64,000 bases of DNA from Chrysomallon squamiferum (GCA_012295275.1 CM022675.1:5890001-5954000); one strand, 5' to 3'; shown: positions 41,713 to 62,721, numbered from the stretch's first letter. Numbers and translations: made by a program. The notes: a model not told the origin generated them from the sequence alone.

Positions 41713-42519
41713 ATACAAAATGTGTTTACATCATTTTTTGTGTCATTAATTGACTGCAGAATTTATTTATTTATTTATTTATATTTAATATATAGGAAGT
41801 AGTAACTTTTAATTTTTTTTTTTTTTTTTGTATTAACTTAAGATGTAGGTGCAGAAGATAGAGTTTATCTCTCTCACTGCTTTAACTGTTGGTGTGAATT
41901 TCGATATTTGAAAAAAGAAAAAGGTAAGTCCTTTCCTAACTCGTATGTGACAAAGCTCACGCCAAGCGGGTCATGTGAAGAAGATCACGTGACCATTATT
42001 ATTATTTTTATTGGACGATTAGATTCAGGGGTAAATACTTTTATTTCATATTTGTTTAAACTATTGCTATTTTTGTTATTGTTTGTTTAACAATTAAATG
42101 TTTAATTATTCATTCGTATATTATTTATTTATTTATTTATTATTATTTTATGAAAACCGTTAGCGGTTAAATGAGGAAAAATGAAAATAAATATTGGAAA
42201 TGGTTTACATCTCTAAAAATTCTGACAAATATCACTACTACTATAAGGACAACAACAACTACTACTAATACTACTATTACTAATTATTATTAATATTATT
42301 ATTATTGTTGTTGGTGGTGTTTTTAGTATTAAATATTAAACCACTGCATATGTTAAATGGGCTTACATGAGTAAAATTTATAAATCTGACAAAAATTCAT
42401 TATAACGCAAAAGGAAATTCGTCATTTTAAAGCGGTTTGACTTTCACATTAAATAATAAACATCACGTACAAAACGTGACAAAATATGACGTGAAATACT
42501 TCAGAGTTAATGTCATGTG

Positions 42520-42551
<32 letters not shown>

Positions 42552-42575
42552 GAACACAACAGAAGATTTGCTTAC

Positions 42576-42690
42576 CTGAGGTAGGAATTTTTTAAAACAA
42601 ATCTTGTTTTTCTAGAACTAACAAAATGCGACGTTTCTTCATGTCGTCTGCACGCTGTCTGAATATTTTCAGTTAACGATAGCATCACGT
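42576..42690 (-). other. Likely non-coding 5' exon of the TRIM-like gene
   Basis: Minus-strand donor CAG|GTAAG at ~42575. The same ~35 nt (cttacctgaggtaggaattttttaaaacaaatctt) recurs at ~48110, upstream of the decayed paralog. Confidence 0.45.
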
Positions 42691-42704
42691 GACACATTAT
42701 GTAG

Positions 42705-42744
<40 letters not shown>

Positions 42745-43083
42745 TAATCTCGGTTACAAGGTTTACCGATATTTTCTCTTGTCTGAGTTACAATTTACAA
42801 TTTGATAAAACAGACACACCAACACAAAAATGTCTAGACATCTTGTGAATACACACGTGTTATGAACAATACAGTGACCTGAAAAACTCGCTAAAATTGA
42901 TAACGATATTAACTTTATTTACGGAATTTTTATTTTTCTTGTTTAAATTATTATTATTATTATTATTATTACTTTATTTTCGGAGTTTTTTTTTTAAACA
43001 CCTTTCCATATAAATATCAGTATTGAGCATCCAATAATTATAATAATCAATATCTACAAAATCTACTGAATAACGAAATATTA

Positions 43084-43145
<62 letters not shown>

Positions 43146-43496
43146 TATTTATTATCTGGCAACCAACAAACACATCTGTCGTGATCTTGTGTACATACTT
43201 GAGTTCAGTGTAGGCCACCGTTCTAGTCGCATAAAAACAACAATAACTGATAAAGATATTGATTTATTTACACAGTCCTGTACCACTTCCCACGTCCTTC
43301 TTATTGATTTTTAATTTTGTTTTTTTCCCTATTTTTATTTATTTATTTGGATTTTTTTGTTTAGTTTTTTCAAATGCACAAAAAAGAACAAAACTTTTAA
43401 ATATTAATTAGTTATATATCTAGTCAACAGTTTTATATGGAGACAATGATAAATACTTCCTGAAAATAAAACATCACGGGAGTAATAAAAAAAAAT

Positions 43497-43560
<64 letters not shown>

Positions 43561-44572
43561 TCATTTTGTACAGAGGACTGTAATAAACAGTTTTCAAATT
43601 TCCGAGGCGTGGTTGTTTTTACATTCACGTCACGTGTATCAATATTGCCTGTCAACAGACGAAGATTTATTGTTTTAGCATGAAGTTCACATGAAATTCA
43701 TTTTTTACCATTAATAATGTATATAACACACACCATTATTAACAATAAAATAGTGATCACCTAGTATGAGTAAAATAAGTGATCACTATTATTATTATTA
43801 CTACTACTGTTATTATTATTATTATTATTAATATTATCATTATTATTATTATTTTTATTTATAAAGGTTACACTATTGTCAGCCAAGAGTCCTTCTTTTA
43901 AATAAATGAAACACTTTCTGAGTTTCTCTTTTACTACAGCCTTCTCCAGTCTTCTCCATTCAACATAATTATCTCAATTAGGGCACAGTGACATTACGTC
44001 TGGAAAAATGTTTGTGTTGTTATTTAGACTCTAGAAAGAGCAAGTCAGTGCAGAATTCTCACTGCAACATCACAGTGGTATTGCGTCCGGTCAAATTTTA
44101 TGTTGTTACTTAAGAGCAAGTGAAGACAGAATTAGGCAGAATTAGCACAGTGACAAAGATATGTTGTTAAGGAAAGTAAGACAGAGTTAGCAGAAAATAA
44201 CGCTGAAGTTGATAATCGTGAAATGAACATCAATATAAATTGCTGTTAGAAGCAATCACGTGATCGTAAAGTTGTAATTACTAACAGCAACAAAAACTTT
44301 AATAACAATGAGAAGAGTATCACACATTTTTTTTTTTTTTTTTTTTTTTTCTACATTTGTCATTCAAAATAATAGGGAAATAGTGATCACGTATCATGTT
44401 TTACATTATCAGTGAAATCAGAATAACTGTATTTCAAACGAATGAAAAATCGATCACGGAATAATGGATCTCGCCAAAAACTGAATTAGCTCTCGTCTTT
44501 GTATTTGTCTACAGCGACGTCATTACTCGTAATGTTATACAAATATTCCGAATATTTATAAAGTACAGACCG

Positions 44573-44609
<37 letters not shown>

Positions 44610-45099
44610 TATATACTGAAACAGTCATCACAAAAATCAATCTGTCTATGTAACATAAAGGGTGATCATATTGACATAGATATTCGTGATTAAGAACTTA
44701 AAAATAGTGACAACAATATATAAATATTAACAACAACAACAACAAAATGGTACATTACGTAACGGACAAAATTATTACTGACATAAAAAATAGTGGTTGA
44801 CCAATTCACAAGCCAAACAAAAACCATTATTGTAAAACAGAGAAAATGATGTCAAAGACTTTAATATCTTGTCTTAATGATATAAGTAAAAAAATATATA
44901 TTATGAGTAGTATTATAAATATGTTTCTGTCCAAATGAAAAACTGATGTCAGTATGATGAAAATTTCCTAAAATGAATACAAATACAAAATGTCGTGTAA
45001 TTGTAAATATTATTAAAGCGATAAAAAAAAAAGTGATCAGTCTATATAAAAAAATAGGTATTACCAAATAAAATGTTGATGATAATAAAATAATTAAAT

Positions 45100-45345
45100 T
45101 AGTGATTATTGATACAAATATTAGTTACTGACAAGTAAAATAGTGATCACACTGATATAAATATTAGTTACTGACAAGTAAAATAGTGATCACACTGATA
45201 TACATATTAGTTACTGACAAGTAAAATAGTGATCACACTGATATAAATATTAGTTAGTGACAAGTAAAATAGTGATCACACTGATATAAATATTAGTTAC
45301 TGAGATGTGTAATAGTGATCATGCTGATATAAATATTAGTTATAG
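45100..45345. repeat. Second, short array (~5-6 copies) of the 43-bp minisatellite
   Basis: Same unit tagtgatcacactgatataaatattagttactgacaagtaaaa. Confidence 0.93.
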
Positions 45346-45765
45346 TGTTGAGAAAAATTAAAACAGCCATGCTTGTAGTTCACTCTTTGTTAAGTCAGTT
45401 TCAAATTTGCATAAAAGCTGTAGCATACATTATCTTACACCGTCCACAAAAGATTTATGATATTTATTTACAAGCTTTTTGAAAAAAAACCCATATATTT
45501 GTACTCCATAATCAAACCAAACAGAAAAGTCGCGAAGTGAACTGTTTTTCCCGTTCAGACCACTATAAATTAAAATAATGCAACATGCATGTAAATTAAA
45601 AGTAAATTTGTTACAGTGAAAAACATATCCATAGCTGTTTGATTCTACTTAATTTAAGAAATTATTTCACTCGAGGAACTATAAATAAACAAATAAATAA
45701 AATTAAAATTAAAATTAAATTAAAAATTAAAAGTTAAAAAATATAGGAAAGAAAATAATTACAGA

Positions 45766-45823
<58 letters not shown>

Positions 45824-45949
45824 TTATTTTTATTTATTTATTTATTTAACTTTTTTTTTACTCAATACCATGCTCTACACATAGTAATTGATCAAAATAA
45901 ATCAGTTTCCTAAAACTTTGTGCAAAAACATAAACTTTTAAGATACTAG

Positions 45950-46300
45950 GGAAATTATCTATTAACTGCAATTTAAACTTTGTGTTTGTACTTTTATTCT
46001 TGATTCTGAAATTTCAACAATCTGAGTTCGACCTTGTTTGTTTTTTACACAGGAAATTTCTTTCTTGTACTACTTTAATAGATTTTGAAATATTTTTCTG
46101 AATTTCATTATTTGACAAAAATTAACTAAGGGATTTTCACCAAAAAGCTGATAATTTTTTCACCTGCACTAAATCAGCTCTGGAATTTCTTTTTCAATAT
46201 TTACTTTTGACTTTTCAAGTTCCGGCTTTAGCTCCTTCGCCATTTTGTTTATTTACCGCGATGACGTGTCTGCAATGAAGTTTCAATCTCAGACTCCATA
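45950..46300 (-). pseudogene. Decayed paralog of the TRIM-like gene (coiled-coil remnant)
   Basis: ttctgaaatttcaacaatctgagttcgac, tgcactaaatcagctct, tttctttttcaatattt and agactccat align with 39945-40310. Flank 45350-45450 matches 38570-38670, and 46650-46700 matches 41930-41970. Confidence 0.7.
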
Positions 46301-47304
46301 TATATATATATATATATAATATTAAATAATAAATAAATGAATAAATTTAATAATGAATGAGTAATTAAATAAATAAATAAATAAATAAATAATGTTGGCG
46401 GATCACTGATTTATATATTTCAATTAAAATGATGGCCGCTAATACATGTTTGGGGCTTTTAACATAAATGGTTATACACCAGCGTAGCATAAAATTAACA
46501 TATTTTGTAGATAAATTGTTAGAAGTTAAATTTAATAACAGCATTTTTTTAAATTATCATTTATGTTTTTTTTTTTTTATTTTATTTATGGATTTTTTTT
46601 TTTTTTTTTTTTATTATTATTTTGTATTATTATCAATAAGGTTTATTCTTTCGTAACTCGTGTCTACGTGACAAACTTCACGTTCAGCATTTCAAACCGG
46701 TTCATATCTCGATCAGGTGTCACTGACAAAACATGATCTTATCGTGGGGAAAAAAACAAAATAATAATAAATATTTCATTTTCAGACATTTATAATATCA
46801 TTTGGTATTTTATTCTGTTTATCGCGAGGTTTATATAAATAATACATTTTTTATGGAGTATACGAATCAAATGCGAATCATTCGTGACGTTGCTAAGAAT
46901 ATTTTTCTTTTATTTTATTTCTTTTTTTTTAAGTCCTTATTTTACAAATATTTATTATTTATATTTGTTTATTTGTATTTATTTATTTATATTTATTCAT
47001 TTATTACACTGATTTGTTTTTTTTTTTTTTTTTTTTCTGAGATGTTGAAAATAATGCTAAAAAAATGGGAACATTATTATTATTATTATTAGTAGTAGTA
47101 GTAGTAGTAGTAGTAGTATCATCATCATTATTATTATTACTTATTAATTTATTTATTTATTTACTCATTTACTTCTTTCATTCATTCATTCAATTTATTA
47201 TTATTTTATTGTTTTTTAATTTATTTAATTCGTACTGGTGTGCAAAATCTTTCGAATAAGCTTTCCGGGGCTAATTTACAAGCCCTCCCCCCCTAGATTT
47301 CATA

Positions 47305-47416
<112 letters not shown>

Positions 47417-47792
47417 GAAAAGAAGGTAAAAAATATAAAATTAATTTTATTACTATAAAGAATTAACCGTCCGTATGATGGTCTAAGAAAATAGAAAGAA
47501 ATAGTTCTGGATGGTCCCCTATTCCTGGGTGGTGCCTGCCCTCCCTTTGAATAACCAGATAAACTGATAACATACAGAGAGACATTAACAAACAGTGTGA
47601 ATCTAAAAATTATAATCACAAAAATATCTATCAGACAATGATGATGATGCCAACGAAAATGCAGACGAGGTAATGGGCATTTGACTACATCTATGAAATA
47701 ACATAAGACTAACTGGAAGCATGATGTTTGCCCTATTGTGATCGGAAATCAAAGTGTTTCATTATTTTTATTTTTATTTTTATTTATATTCT

Positions 47793-47842
<50 letters not shown>

Positions 47843-47919
47843 AAAACAAATTTAATAAGTAATACAGCAGTGTATTATCGCTAATTCCTACGAAAGTATG
47901 CCTGGCGATAATAATAATA

Positions 47920-49103
47920 ATATTCATTCATGGTTATCTTGGTTATTATTTCTTAACTGTCGTTGCGTGAATTGGTTTTAAATGAAGAGAGAAACGAAAG
48001 CGGTTTTAATGACCATAGACTTCGGTATATGCAAAGACAGTTTATCATTATTTCAAAACAAAGAAATAAGAATTAGTCTCTACTAAAATAAGCACAGAAT
48101 AAGTTATTCTTACCTGAGGTAGGAATTTTTTAAAACAAATCTTTTCTCTGCAATTGTTATTGTTATTGTTGTTGGTATTGTTATTATTATTGTTGTTGTT
48201 GTTGTTGTTGCTTTGCTGTTGCTGCTGATGATGATTCTTAGTTGTTGTATTGTAAGTATAAGTAGGCTTTTTGAATGGTTCATGAATTACTATTTATTTA
48301 TTTATGAATTAATTATTCACCCGATTATGCACCCGATTATGCACCCGATTATTCACCAGATTTTAATACAAAATTAAAATGCAGTTAGAAACTGGTATAG
48401 CAGAGTGTAAAACAAACAAACAAACAAACAAACAAACAAACAAATAAATAAATAAATAAACGAACGAACGAACGAATGAATAAACAAAAACATAAATAAA
48501 TAAATTCGTGTTTTTATTATTTATTTATTTATTATTATATTTTATCTGTTGTATTTGCTGCTCACGATCAGATAAAATAAATAATAAAAACAAAATGTGT
48601 TTGAAATTTCTAGATTTACAACGTGACTATTAAACTGGAAAAATAAATAGACGAAATCAGACAAAACAATTTGGAAAACATTTTCTATTAAAAAAAATAT
48701 TAAAATATTAAAATAAGTAAAAAATAAAAAAAATAGAAATTGATAATTTAAGTTGCAGACTTCTATGAAAAATCTAATAACATTACCTCCCATTATTGCT
48801 TTCGAAAAAACAGAAGAAAAAAAAAGAGTAATAATAAAAACATAAAATTTATAAAAATGAAACATTTTACTCTGTATACAATTGTCGTAAAAATACTCTT
48901 GCAGTGTATACCATGACATGTTTCCATCCGGAAATTCTTAGAATTGCTTCCAAGAACATGTTTTATCTAAGAATAATTTTTTATGAGATGTTACACTTTT
49001 ATAGATAATGGGAAAGTTTTTTCAATTAATTCTGAATACGAAATATTTTGTATTTTCCAGAAGTTTCCTAATTTTTGGTCTGTTTGTTATTATTATTATT
49101 ATC

Positions 49104-49171
<68 letters not shown>

Positions 49172-50218
49172 CATTATGATGATGATTATTATTATTACTA
49201 TTATCATTATGATGATGATGATGATGATGATTATTATTATTATTATTATTTTTACAATCCTTCTCTATCTCTTAAAATTATTTTAAAATTTTGAAAATGT
49301 AATGAAAAGTAATAAATATGCAACAAGCCAGTATAACATAATTAGCTTTAAAAGCAAACGGAACAAAAACGATTGTACTATACATTACAACGCCCACCAC
49401 CCATACATACATGTATATACATATATATTTTGGTACATAGCTACTTACGTAATTTATATAAATTATATATAATCACACACACACAAAAACACACACTCAA
49501 ACATACACATATACACGTAAGTACGCACATTTTTATTTCCATACATATATTCTTACGTATTGTTAGCTACATACGTACTAACACACATACATGCACACAC
49601 AAACTCAAACATACATTAATTTTATCAGATCGCATAAATGAATAGTCAATCTTCTCGTTTATGTTTTTATATCTTTTTTATATATTTTTATAAATAAATA
49701 TATATATATATATATAGACACATAATTTTAAAGCATTAATTATTATTAACAATTAAAAAAATAAATAACAGAAAACATGAAACAGTGGTCTGTAGTCATA
49801 AACGTCAGATATTTTAGATAGTGGAGAACGGTTATATTTTTATAGTTAAACAGCTGGTACTAACTGACATTCTCATTGGAGGTAAATGTTGGAAAGCAGA
49901 CATACCAGCATCACAAAACAGCGACTGTTTTAAAGTGAGCGCCTTTTTCTTTTTCTCTGAAAATTAACAAGTTTTAATTCATAATGCACACATGTACAGA
50001 CGAGCAAAACAACCATATATATACAAAACAAATATACACACACACAGAGACAGACATACAGAAAAAAACACACAAGAAAAATCTCACGAACAGACTCACA
50101 CAATCACTCACAAACTCGCAGACAAAGAATACAGAAGAAAATTCCATATACAGATTCACACATGCAAATGGACATAACATTCACTAACATCACAAAGACG
50201 TTTTTGAAGTATAACGAC

Positions 50219-50310
<92 letters not shown>

Positions 50311-50602
50311 ATTTTAATTTCAACTATATTTATTCTTTGTCTTTCAAGGGATGACTTCAGTACACACAGAAGTTCTCAGACTCGTGGGTTTGTTGTTTGT
50401 TGTGTGTTTAATACTTGTCACCCCGTCAAAAAAAGAACGTCAGTGTGAAGAGAAATGTGCAAAGATCGACATTCGTCTATCCAGAATGATGCACAAATGG
50501 GCAAGAATGCGTCCCAGAATAGGTAGGTACAGCTTGATATTTAAAACATTTCAAACTGTATGTAATAGGTGCAGATCAGAAAATAAATGGACAGCGAGGT
50601 TT

Positions 50603-50687
<85 letters not shown>

Positions 50688-51772
50688 TAGGTAGAAATTA
50701 AAATAGATGAATATATAGACAGACAGACCAGATATATGTATATTGCACATATACATGTTTGTAATTTTATGAATATATATACATATAGACAGGTAGTTAG
50801 GCAGACATGTAGATATTCAAAGAGGCAGACAAATAATAAGAAAGATAGATACAGACACTGACAAGATACATAAAACTGACAAACAAGCAAGCAAGCAGAT
50901 TGAATAAATAAGAAAACCACAACAGAATCACTGGCTCAGAAATCTTTTATTTCTTCTTTTATTAAAGAGTTATTATATAAGGGAGATAACCAATACATAA
51001 CATAAATGGTCGCGCCAACTTGAGTCACTCAGATAAATTCTTAAGTACGAATCAAATTGTTGGTAAATTATTTTCCTTTTTCGTGTAGGAAGCACGTTCG
51101 ACAAACTACTTCACATTATGGAATCAAAATCAAACGAGTGGAAGTATGTGCCGAAGCAGCACAAGCAATTTTTGGCACTGGTAAGAAAGTTCAGAAGATG
51201 CATGAAGAAATGTAAGAAGACGTAACCGATGCACTGTTGTCAGAGAAGAATTTTTTTTTATAAAAGACTGTGTAAGTTTTTGGTTGATAACTAGATATTC
51301 TATCATACAGGTGTCATTACTGCTATCACCCTTACTACTATTACTGCTAATACTGTTATTACTATTACCACGTTTGGTAGAAATAATACTATTACTACAG
51401 CTGTCGATGTTTGTGCTACTACAAAATATATTATTATTAATCTGCTAGTGCTACTACTACTGTTACTGCTAATACTTCTACCACTACTACCAATACTACT
51501 GCAATTAGTGCTACTGCAACTTAAACTTGTACCACGATGCAGAACAAAAACAACAATAAAATAATCATATTGAAAACAAAAATGAGAAATTATCAAACAA
51601 TAATTATTTTAAAATGTAGATGTATATTTATCATATATGCAAGATATAAATTTTTGATCTTTCTTTAAAGTACATATTTATTTTCTTCTAACGAATTTTC
51701 AGGTAGACGTCTGAATAAAAAAAACTGAATAAAGATTATTTGCATGTTATTTATTTATCATCATCATCATCA

Positions 51773-51821
<49 letters not shown>

Positions 51822-52305
51822 CTTGACATCCATTTGAATAAGGAAAAAATATCAAACAAGGGAGATAATCCTAATTTCTCAAAAGTATCTGCACGCGGGG
51901 CGGAAATACAAAACAGTTTAACAAGTGATATAATTGTAGACAGTAAATGAAGATGTGAATTGATCACAGACGAAGCAAATTAATTATTTTATTATTATCC
52001 TTGTTCCGTTCATTTCTTATTTTTTTTATTCTTTGTTACTATTGCTACTACTACTAATATTACTATTACCATTACTTCTAATACAACAAAAGTAGTGTTA
52101 TTACTTCTACAACTAGAACTACTGCTACTACCACTACTATTTCAACAACTACTACCACAGCTACAACTTATACTATTATCACTGAGAGTAACAAAAGCAA
52201 TAACGAGATAAATAATGATAATTAAAACAAAAATGAGAAATGTCAAGTGAAATTAATCATTTAATAATGTCAGTTTATTATAATGCAAGATGGATATAAA
52301 TTTTT

Positions 52306-52336
<31 letters not shown>

Positions 52337-52532
52337 CTTATAAAAAGTTCTTGTTTTCTTGTAATGGAATTTTCAGATAGATGTCATCAGAAATATTAAG
52401 GAACAAATAAAAATCTTATTTTCAGAATATGGAAACTGTAATGAAATCAAAAGAGGGACAAACTAAATTAATAAAAGTAAAATAAATAAATAAATAAATA
52501 AATAAGTAATATAATAATATAAACTTTTCATC

Positions 52533-52571
<39 letters not shown>

Positions 52572-53445
52572 TAATTTTATTATTTCATCGACACATATAT
52601 TTGAAGAAGGACAAGATATCAAAACAAAGACGATAATCCTAATTTCACATGATTATCTGTTCATGGGGTTGCAATTACTACTATTCTTGCTACTATTACT
52701 ACTTTTCCTACTACTCTGTTACTATTACCACTACTGCTACTACTATTACTACTACTACAACTACAAATATTGCTATTATTTTTTATAACTGATAAAAACA
52801 GTTATCTCTGCATTAATTAAAAATCTTAAGCGCGCTCCTATATCATAACTGAAAAATGTTTTTGCAAAGCACGTGCAGCCTCTTTCCCATGGTGCACGAA
52901 AATCAGCTGATCCTACAAGTTCACAAATCGTCTTTTGTTTATTGTCTACAACTGAAACGAAATTTATATTTTCAAACGAAATTATGAAATGGTAAACGAT
53001 AGTGGTGTAAAATAACTGGAACAAACAATACAGAAATATGATGCTGGGCTCTGGCGAAACAACTGGGTCAGAGGTCACAACCATTTTGAACATTAGAGCT
53101 ACTTCATAGATACTGAGTCAAACAAAGGGCTATCAGTTTGTTACACTCTTCTGAAATAACAAATTTGTTCAGTTTATCTTTAGTTATATATTATTATTAA
53201 TGATACCCATCTATGTGAAGACACTGATCATGTTAATGATTTCTCACAGTAATGATCACCAGTGACGTAACAAGGTTGGATACAGATAATATCAGTGTTC
53301 AGCCTTTAATTCTACTGATCCCTGCGGGAGACTCACGTGGTTCTTGGCGGCGACCTGCTGCCCGAGGTCACCGTGTTGGTAAACCCTGAGCTAGGATGTT
53401 ACCGTTGATTATCATTAGAAAACAAGCTAACACCATCAAGATCCA
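47920..53445 (+). repeat. Segmental duplication unit 1 (carries peptide gene copy 1)
   Basis: From tcatggttatcttggttattatttctt (~47928) to gctaggatgttaccgttga (~53390), colinear with 54878-59585. Confidence 0.88.
50351..51225 (+). CDS. Secreted cationic twin-CX3C peptide, copy 1 (102 aa, intact)
   Basis: Exons 50351-50522 and 51089-51225 (phase 1): MTSVHTEVLRLVGLLFVVCLILVTPS-KKERQCEEKCAKIDIRLSRMMHKWARMRPRIGSTFDKLLHIMESKSNEWKYVPKQHKQFLALVRKFRRCMKKCKKT*. Upstream non-coding exon donor at 49935; 3'-UTR donor at 51272. Confidence 0.85.
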
Positions 53446-53723
53446 GAAAATCATTTTAAAAAACCCACAAAAAAAACCAAGTAAAAACACACACAAAAAA
53501 AAAACCCCAATACATAACAAGAAAAAAAAAAATGAAGATTTATAAAAACATTCCCCCCATAACCAGTTGCATCTGAACTTGGGTACAAATGGAACAGCAA
53601 AAGACTAAACTCGTATCAAGGCTGAGTAATCCCTGAACGTCTGATGCAGTGCAGAAATCAGATTGGATGAAGAATCGTTCTCTGGAGAAGTATCGGTTGG
53701 TGAGATGAGTTTAAGATGCCATT

Positions 53724-54775
<1,052 letters not shown>

Positions 54776-54798
54776 ATCTAATTCCTATGAAAGGATGC

Positions 54799-54843
<45 letters not shown>

Positions 54844-54877
54844 TAATAATAATAATAATAATGATAATAATAATAAT

Positions 54878-59585
<4,708 letters not shown>

Positions 59586-59624
59586 AAAGATCTATATAAA
59601 AAAAAATGTATTTAAAATATAACA

Positions 59625-59673
<49 letters not shown>

Positions 59674-59688
59674 CTGTTCAAGAAAGAA

Positions 59689-59766
<78 letters not shown>

Positions 59767-59871
59767 AACTTGTTGATAACATTTTGCTAAGGATTTTCTA
59801 TAATAATTCTGAAAAATTGCAAACAAATCATTAAAAACTTTTGCTGTCTAATACATACTCGTTACTGCCAG

Positions 59872-59937
<66 letters not shown>

Positions 59938-60014
59938 ACAGATGCACAGAAAAATGAAGAAAGACAAGGGAAGCGATGATTACCCTCGCTTATTGGGCAG
60001 CTTGTTTTAATGTT

Positions 60015-60083
60015 GTCTTGATGGCCGAATGGTAGTGCAGTGCGGGGGAATGGACGTCATACGTTCAAACCGCGTCAGCGACA
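60015..60083 (+). mobile_element. tRNA-derived SINE head or tRNA pseudogene remnant
   Basis: A-box-like TGGCCGAATGG (60022) and B-box-like GTTCAAACC (60063) at tRNA spacing, with partial acceptor stem GTC..GAC. No proper anticodon arm. Confidence 0.4.
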
Positions 60084-60837
60084 TCTGACGAGTTTGGACT
60101 TATACTTAGAATATACATACATACAAACATACAAACATACATACCAACATACATACCTACATTACATACTTAGTAATATAGGTTCTTACGCACATACAAA
60201 CAAATATATACTTCTTGAAAAGCGTAAATAATTACATTCATTTATATATATTACACACATGTGGATATATAGTAATGTGCAGAGGTATATATGTATATAT
60301 ATATATATAAATGTTTGCATATATAATAAATGAAGACTAAAAAAATATTTTAAAAAAATAATTAATAATATGAAATCTATAGCAGTACGAAAAGCGCCTA
60401 GATGCATAAATGTCAGTTTTATTACTATTAAGCTGATCAAAGTGATTTTCGAGGCCAGGCTGGTAATAAATGAGCCTTTTGATGAGGTTTGTCAGAAAGA
60501 AGAGACAAATACCAGTAGACAGCCACTGAAACAGAACAGTTTTAAAACGAAATCGCCGCTGATTTATTGTGAGTGTTTTGTTGTTGTTGTTGTTGTTGTT
60601 TTTTTTGTTTTTTATCGGAATGTTTGCCTTTACTGAAAACACACAGACATCTCTATGAACACTGACATTTTAAAAAAAAAAACTACGAGCAAAAATTGTT
60701 TTAATTCTATGTGTATATATATATGTGTGTGTATACATTAAAATTTTCACTAATGTATACTCAAATTTATTTATTTATTTAATTTATTATTATTGCTGTT
60801 GTTGTTGTTATTATTATTAATATTATTATCATTGTTA

Positions 60838-60883
<46 letters not shown>

Positions 60884-60934
60884 TGGTTGTTGTTGCTGCT
60901 GTTGTTTTTGTTGATGTTATTAGTATTGCTTTTA

Positions 60935-60975
<41 letters not shown>

Positions 60976-61014
60976 TGTGCCTGTCTGTGTTTGTCTGTGT
61001 GTGTATTTCAGGAG

Positions 61015-61183
61015 ATGACTTCAGTGTATACAGAAGATTTCAGACACGTGAGTTTGTTGTTTATGGTGTGTTTAATACTGATCAACCCGTCAACAGCCAG
61101 TAGGTGTGAAAATAGATGTCTAACCGTCAGCACGGTGATGTACAAACTTATGGTCGAGTACAGAAATGAATACTCAAAAGTAG
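61015..61183 (+). CDS. Twin-CX3C peptide copy 3, first coding exon (second coding exon not found in window)
   Basis: tttcag|gagATG: MTSVYTEDFRHVSLLFMVCLILINPSTASRCENRCLTVSTVMYKLMVEYRNEYSKVG, with donor TAG|gtacgt in the same phase 1 as copies 1 and 2. Confidence 0.75.
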
Positions 61184-62170
61184 GTACGTACAACGTATGA
61201 GTTAAAACTACTCAAAAGTAGGCGCGTGCAACGTATTAGTTAATAATACTCAAAAGTAGGTACGTGCAACGTATTATTTGAAAATACTCAAAAGTAGGTA
61301 CGTCAAACGTATTAGTTAAACATACTCAAAAGTAGGTACGAGCAACGTATGAGTTAAAAAATACTCAAATGTAGGTACGTGCAAATTATTAGTTAAAAAT
61401 ACTCAAAAGTAGGTACGAGCAACGTATGAGTTAAAAAATACTCAAAAGTAGGTACGTGCAACGTATTATTTAAAAATACTCAAAAGTAGGTACGTACAAC
61501 GTATGAGTTAAAAAAATACTCAAAAGTAGGTACGAGCAACGTATTAGTTAAAAATACTCAAAAGTAGGTACGAGCAACGTATGAGTTAAAAAATACTCAA
61601 AAGTAGGTACGAGCAACGTATTATTTAAAAATACTCAAAAGTAGGTACGTACAACGTATGAATTAAAAAAAATACTCAAAAGTAGGTACGAGCAACGTAT
61701 TATTTAAAAATACTCAAAAGTAGGTACGTACAACGTATGAGTTAAAAAATACTCAAAAGTAGGTACGAGCAACGTATTATTTAAAAATACTCAAAAGTAG
61801 GTACGTACAACGTATGAATTAAAAAAATACTCAAAAGTAGGTACGAGCAACGTATTATTTAAAAATACTCAAAAGTAGGTACGTACAACGTATGAGTTAA
61901 AAAAATACTCAAAAGTAGGTACGAGCAACGTATTATTTAAAAATACTCAAAAGTAGGTACATACAGCATATTAGTTAAAATACTCAAAAGAAGGTACGAG
62001 CAACGCATTAGTTAAAAATACTCAAAAGTAGGCGCGTGCAACGTATTAGTTAAAAATGCTCAAAAGTAGGTACATACAGCATATTAGTTAAAATATTCAA
62101 AAGTAGGTACGTACAACGTATGAGTTAAAAAAATACTCAAAAGTAGGTACGAGCAACGTATTAGTTAAAA
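61169..62170. repeat. ~38-bp minisatellite (~26 units) built from the exon end and 5' splice site of peptide copy 3
   Basis: Unit aatactcaaaagtag|gtacg(t/a)(a/g)caacgtat(g/t)a(g/t)ttaaaa. The first unit is the genuine exon-intron junction. Confidence 0.93.
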
Positions 62171-62334
62171 ACTTAGCAGAATGAAGTACCCGAGGACTTG
62201 ACTTTAAACAGATAATCAGATATACGTACAGAGGGACGAAGAAGAGCACGTAAAGAATGAAACAGAAACAGACTGACATACAGATGAAACGAAACGTATT
62301 GGGGAACTGACAAGAAGACTTGGATGAGGGGCAG

Positions 62335-62411
<77 letters not shown>

Positions 62412-62661
62412 CTGTTATAAATATATATCTACAAACCTGTAGGGTATAGGATATTTTATGAGGAAATTGATTTGACTGACCAATCGGGCCATTGACAGCA
62501 TCACTTTCACTGTCACCCGACTGAATTTCGTTTTTTACTTAAACTGCACTTAAAAAAACATGTTACATAAAAATTGTAACGGCAATACAAAGGAAGGACC
62601 AGGAACGTGTTTTATTTTATTTGTTTATACTTTGTATTTAAATTATTATTATTATTAATAC

Positions 62662-62721
<60 letters not shown>

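Noticed and set aside
50351-51225. Small Tim (mitochondrial twin-CX3C chaperone) assignment
   Set aside because: Small Tims have a short (~11-16 aa) spacer and no signal peptide; here the spacer is 58 aa and there is a hydrophobic signal.
61169-62170. CRISPR-like ~38-bp repeat
   Set aside because: No unique spacers; the unit derives from the adjacent exon-intron junction.
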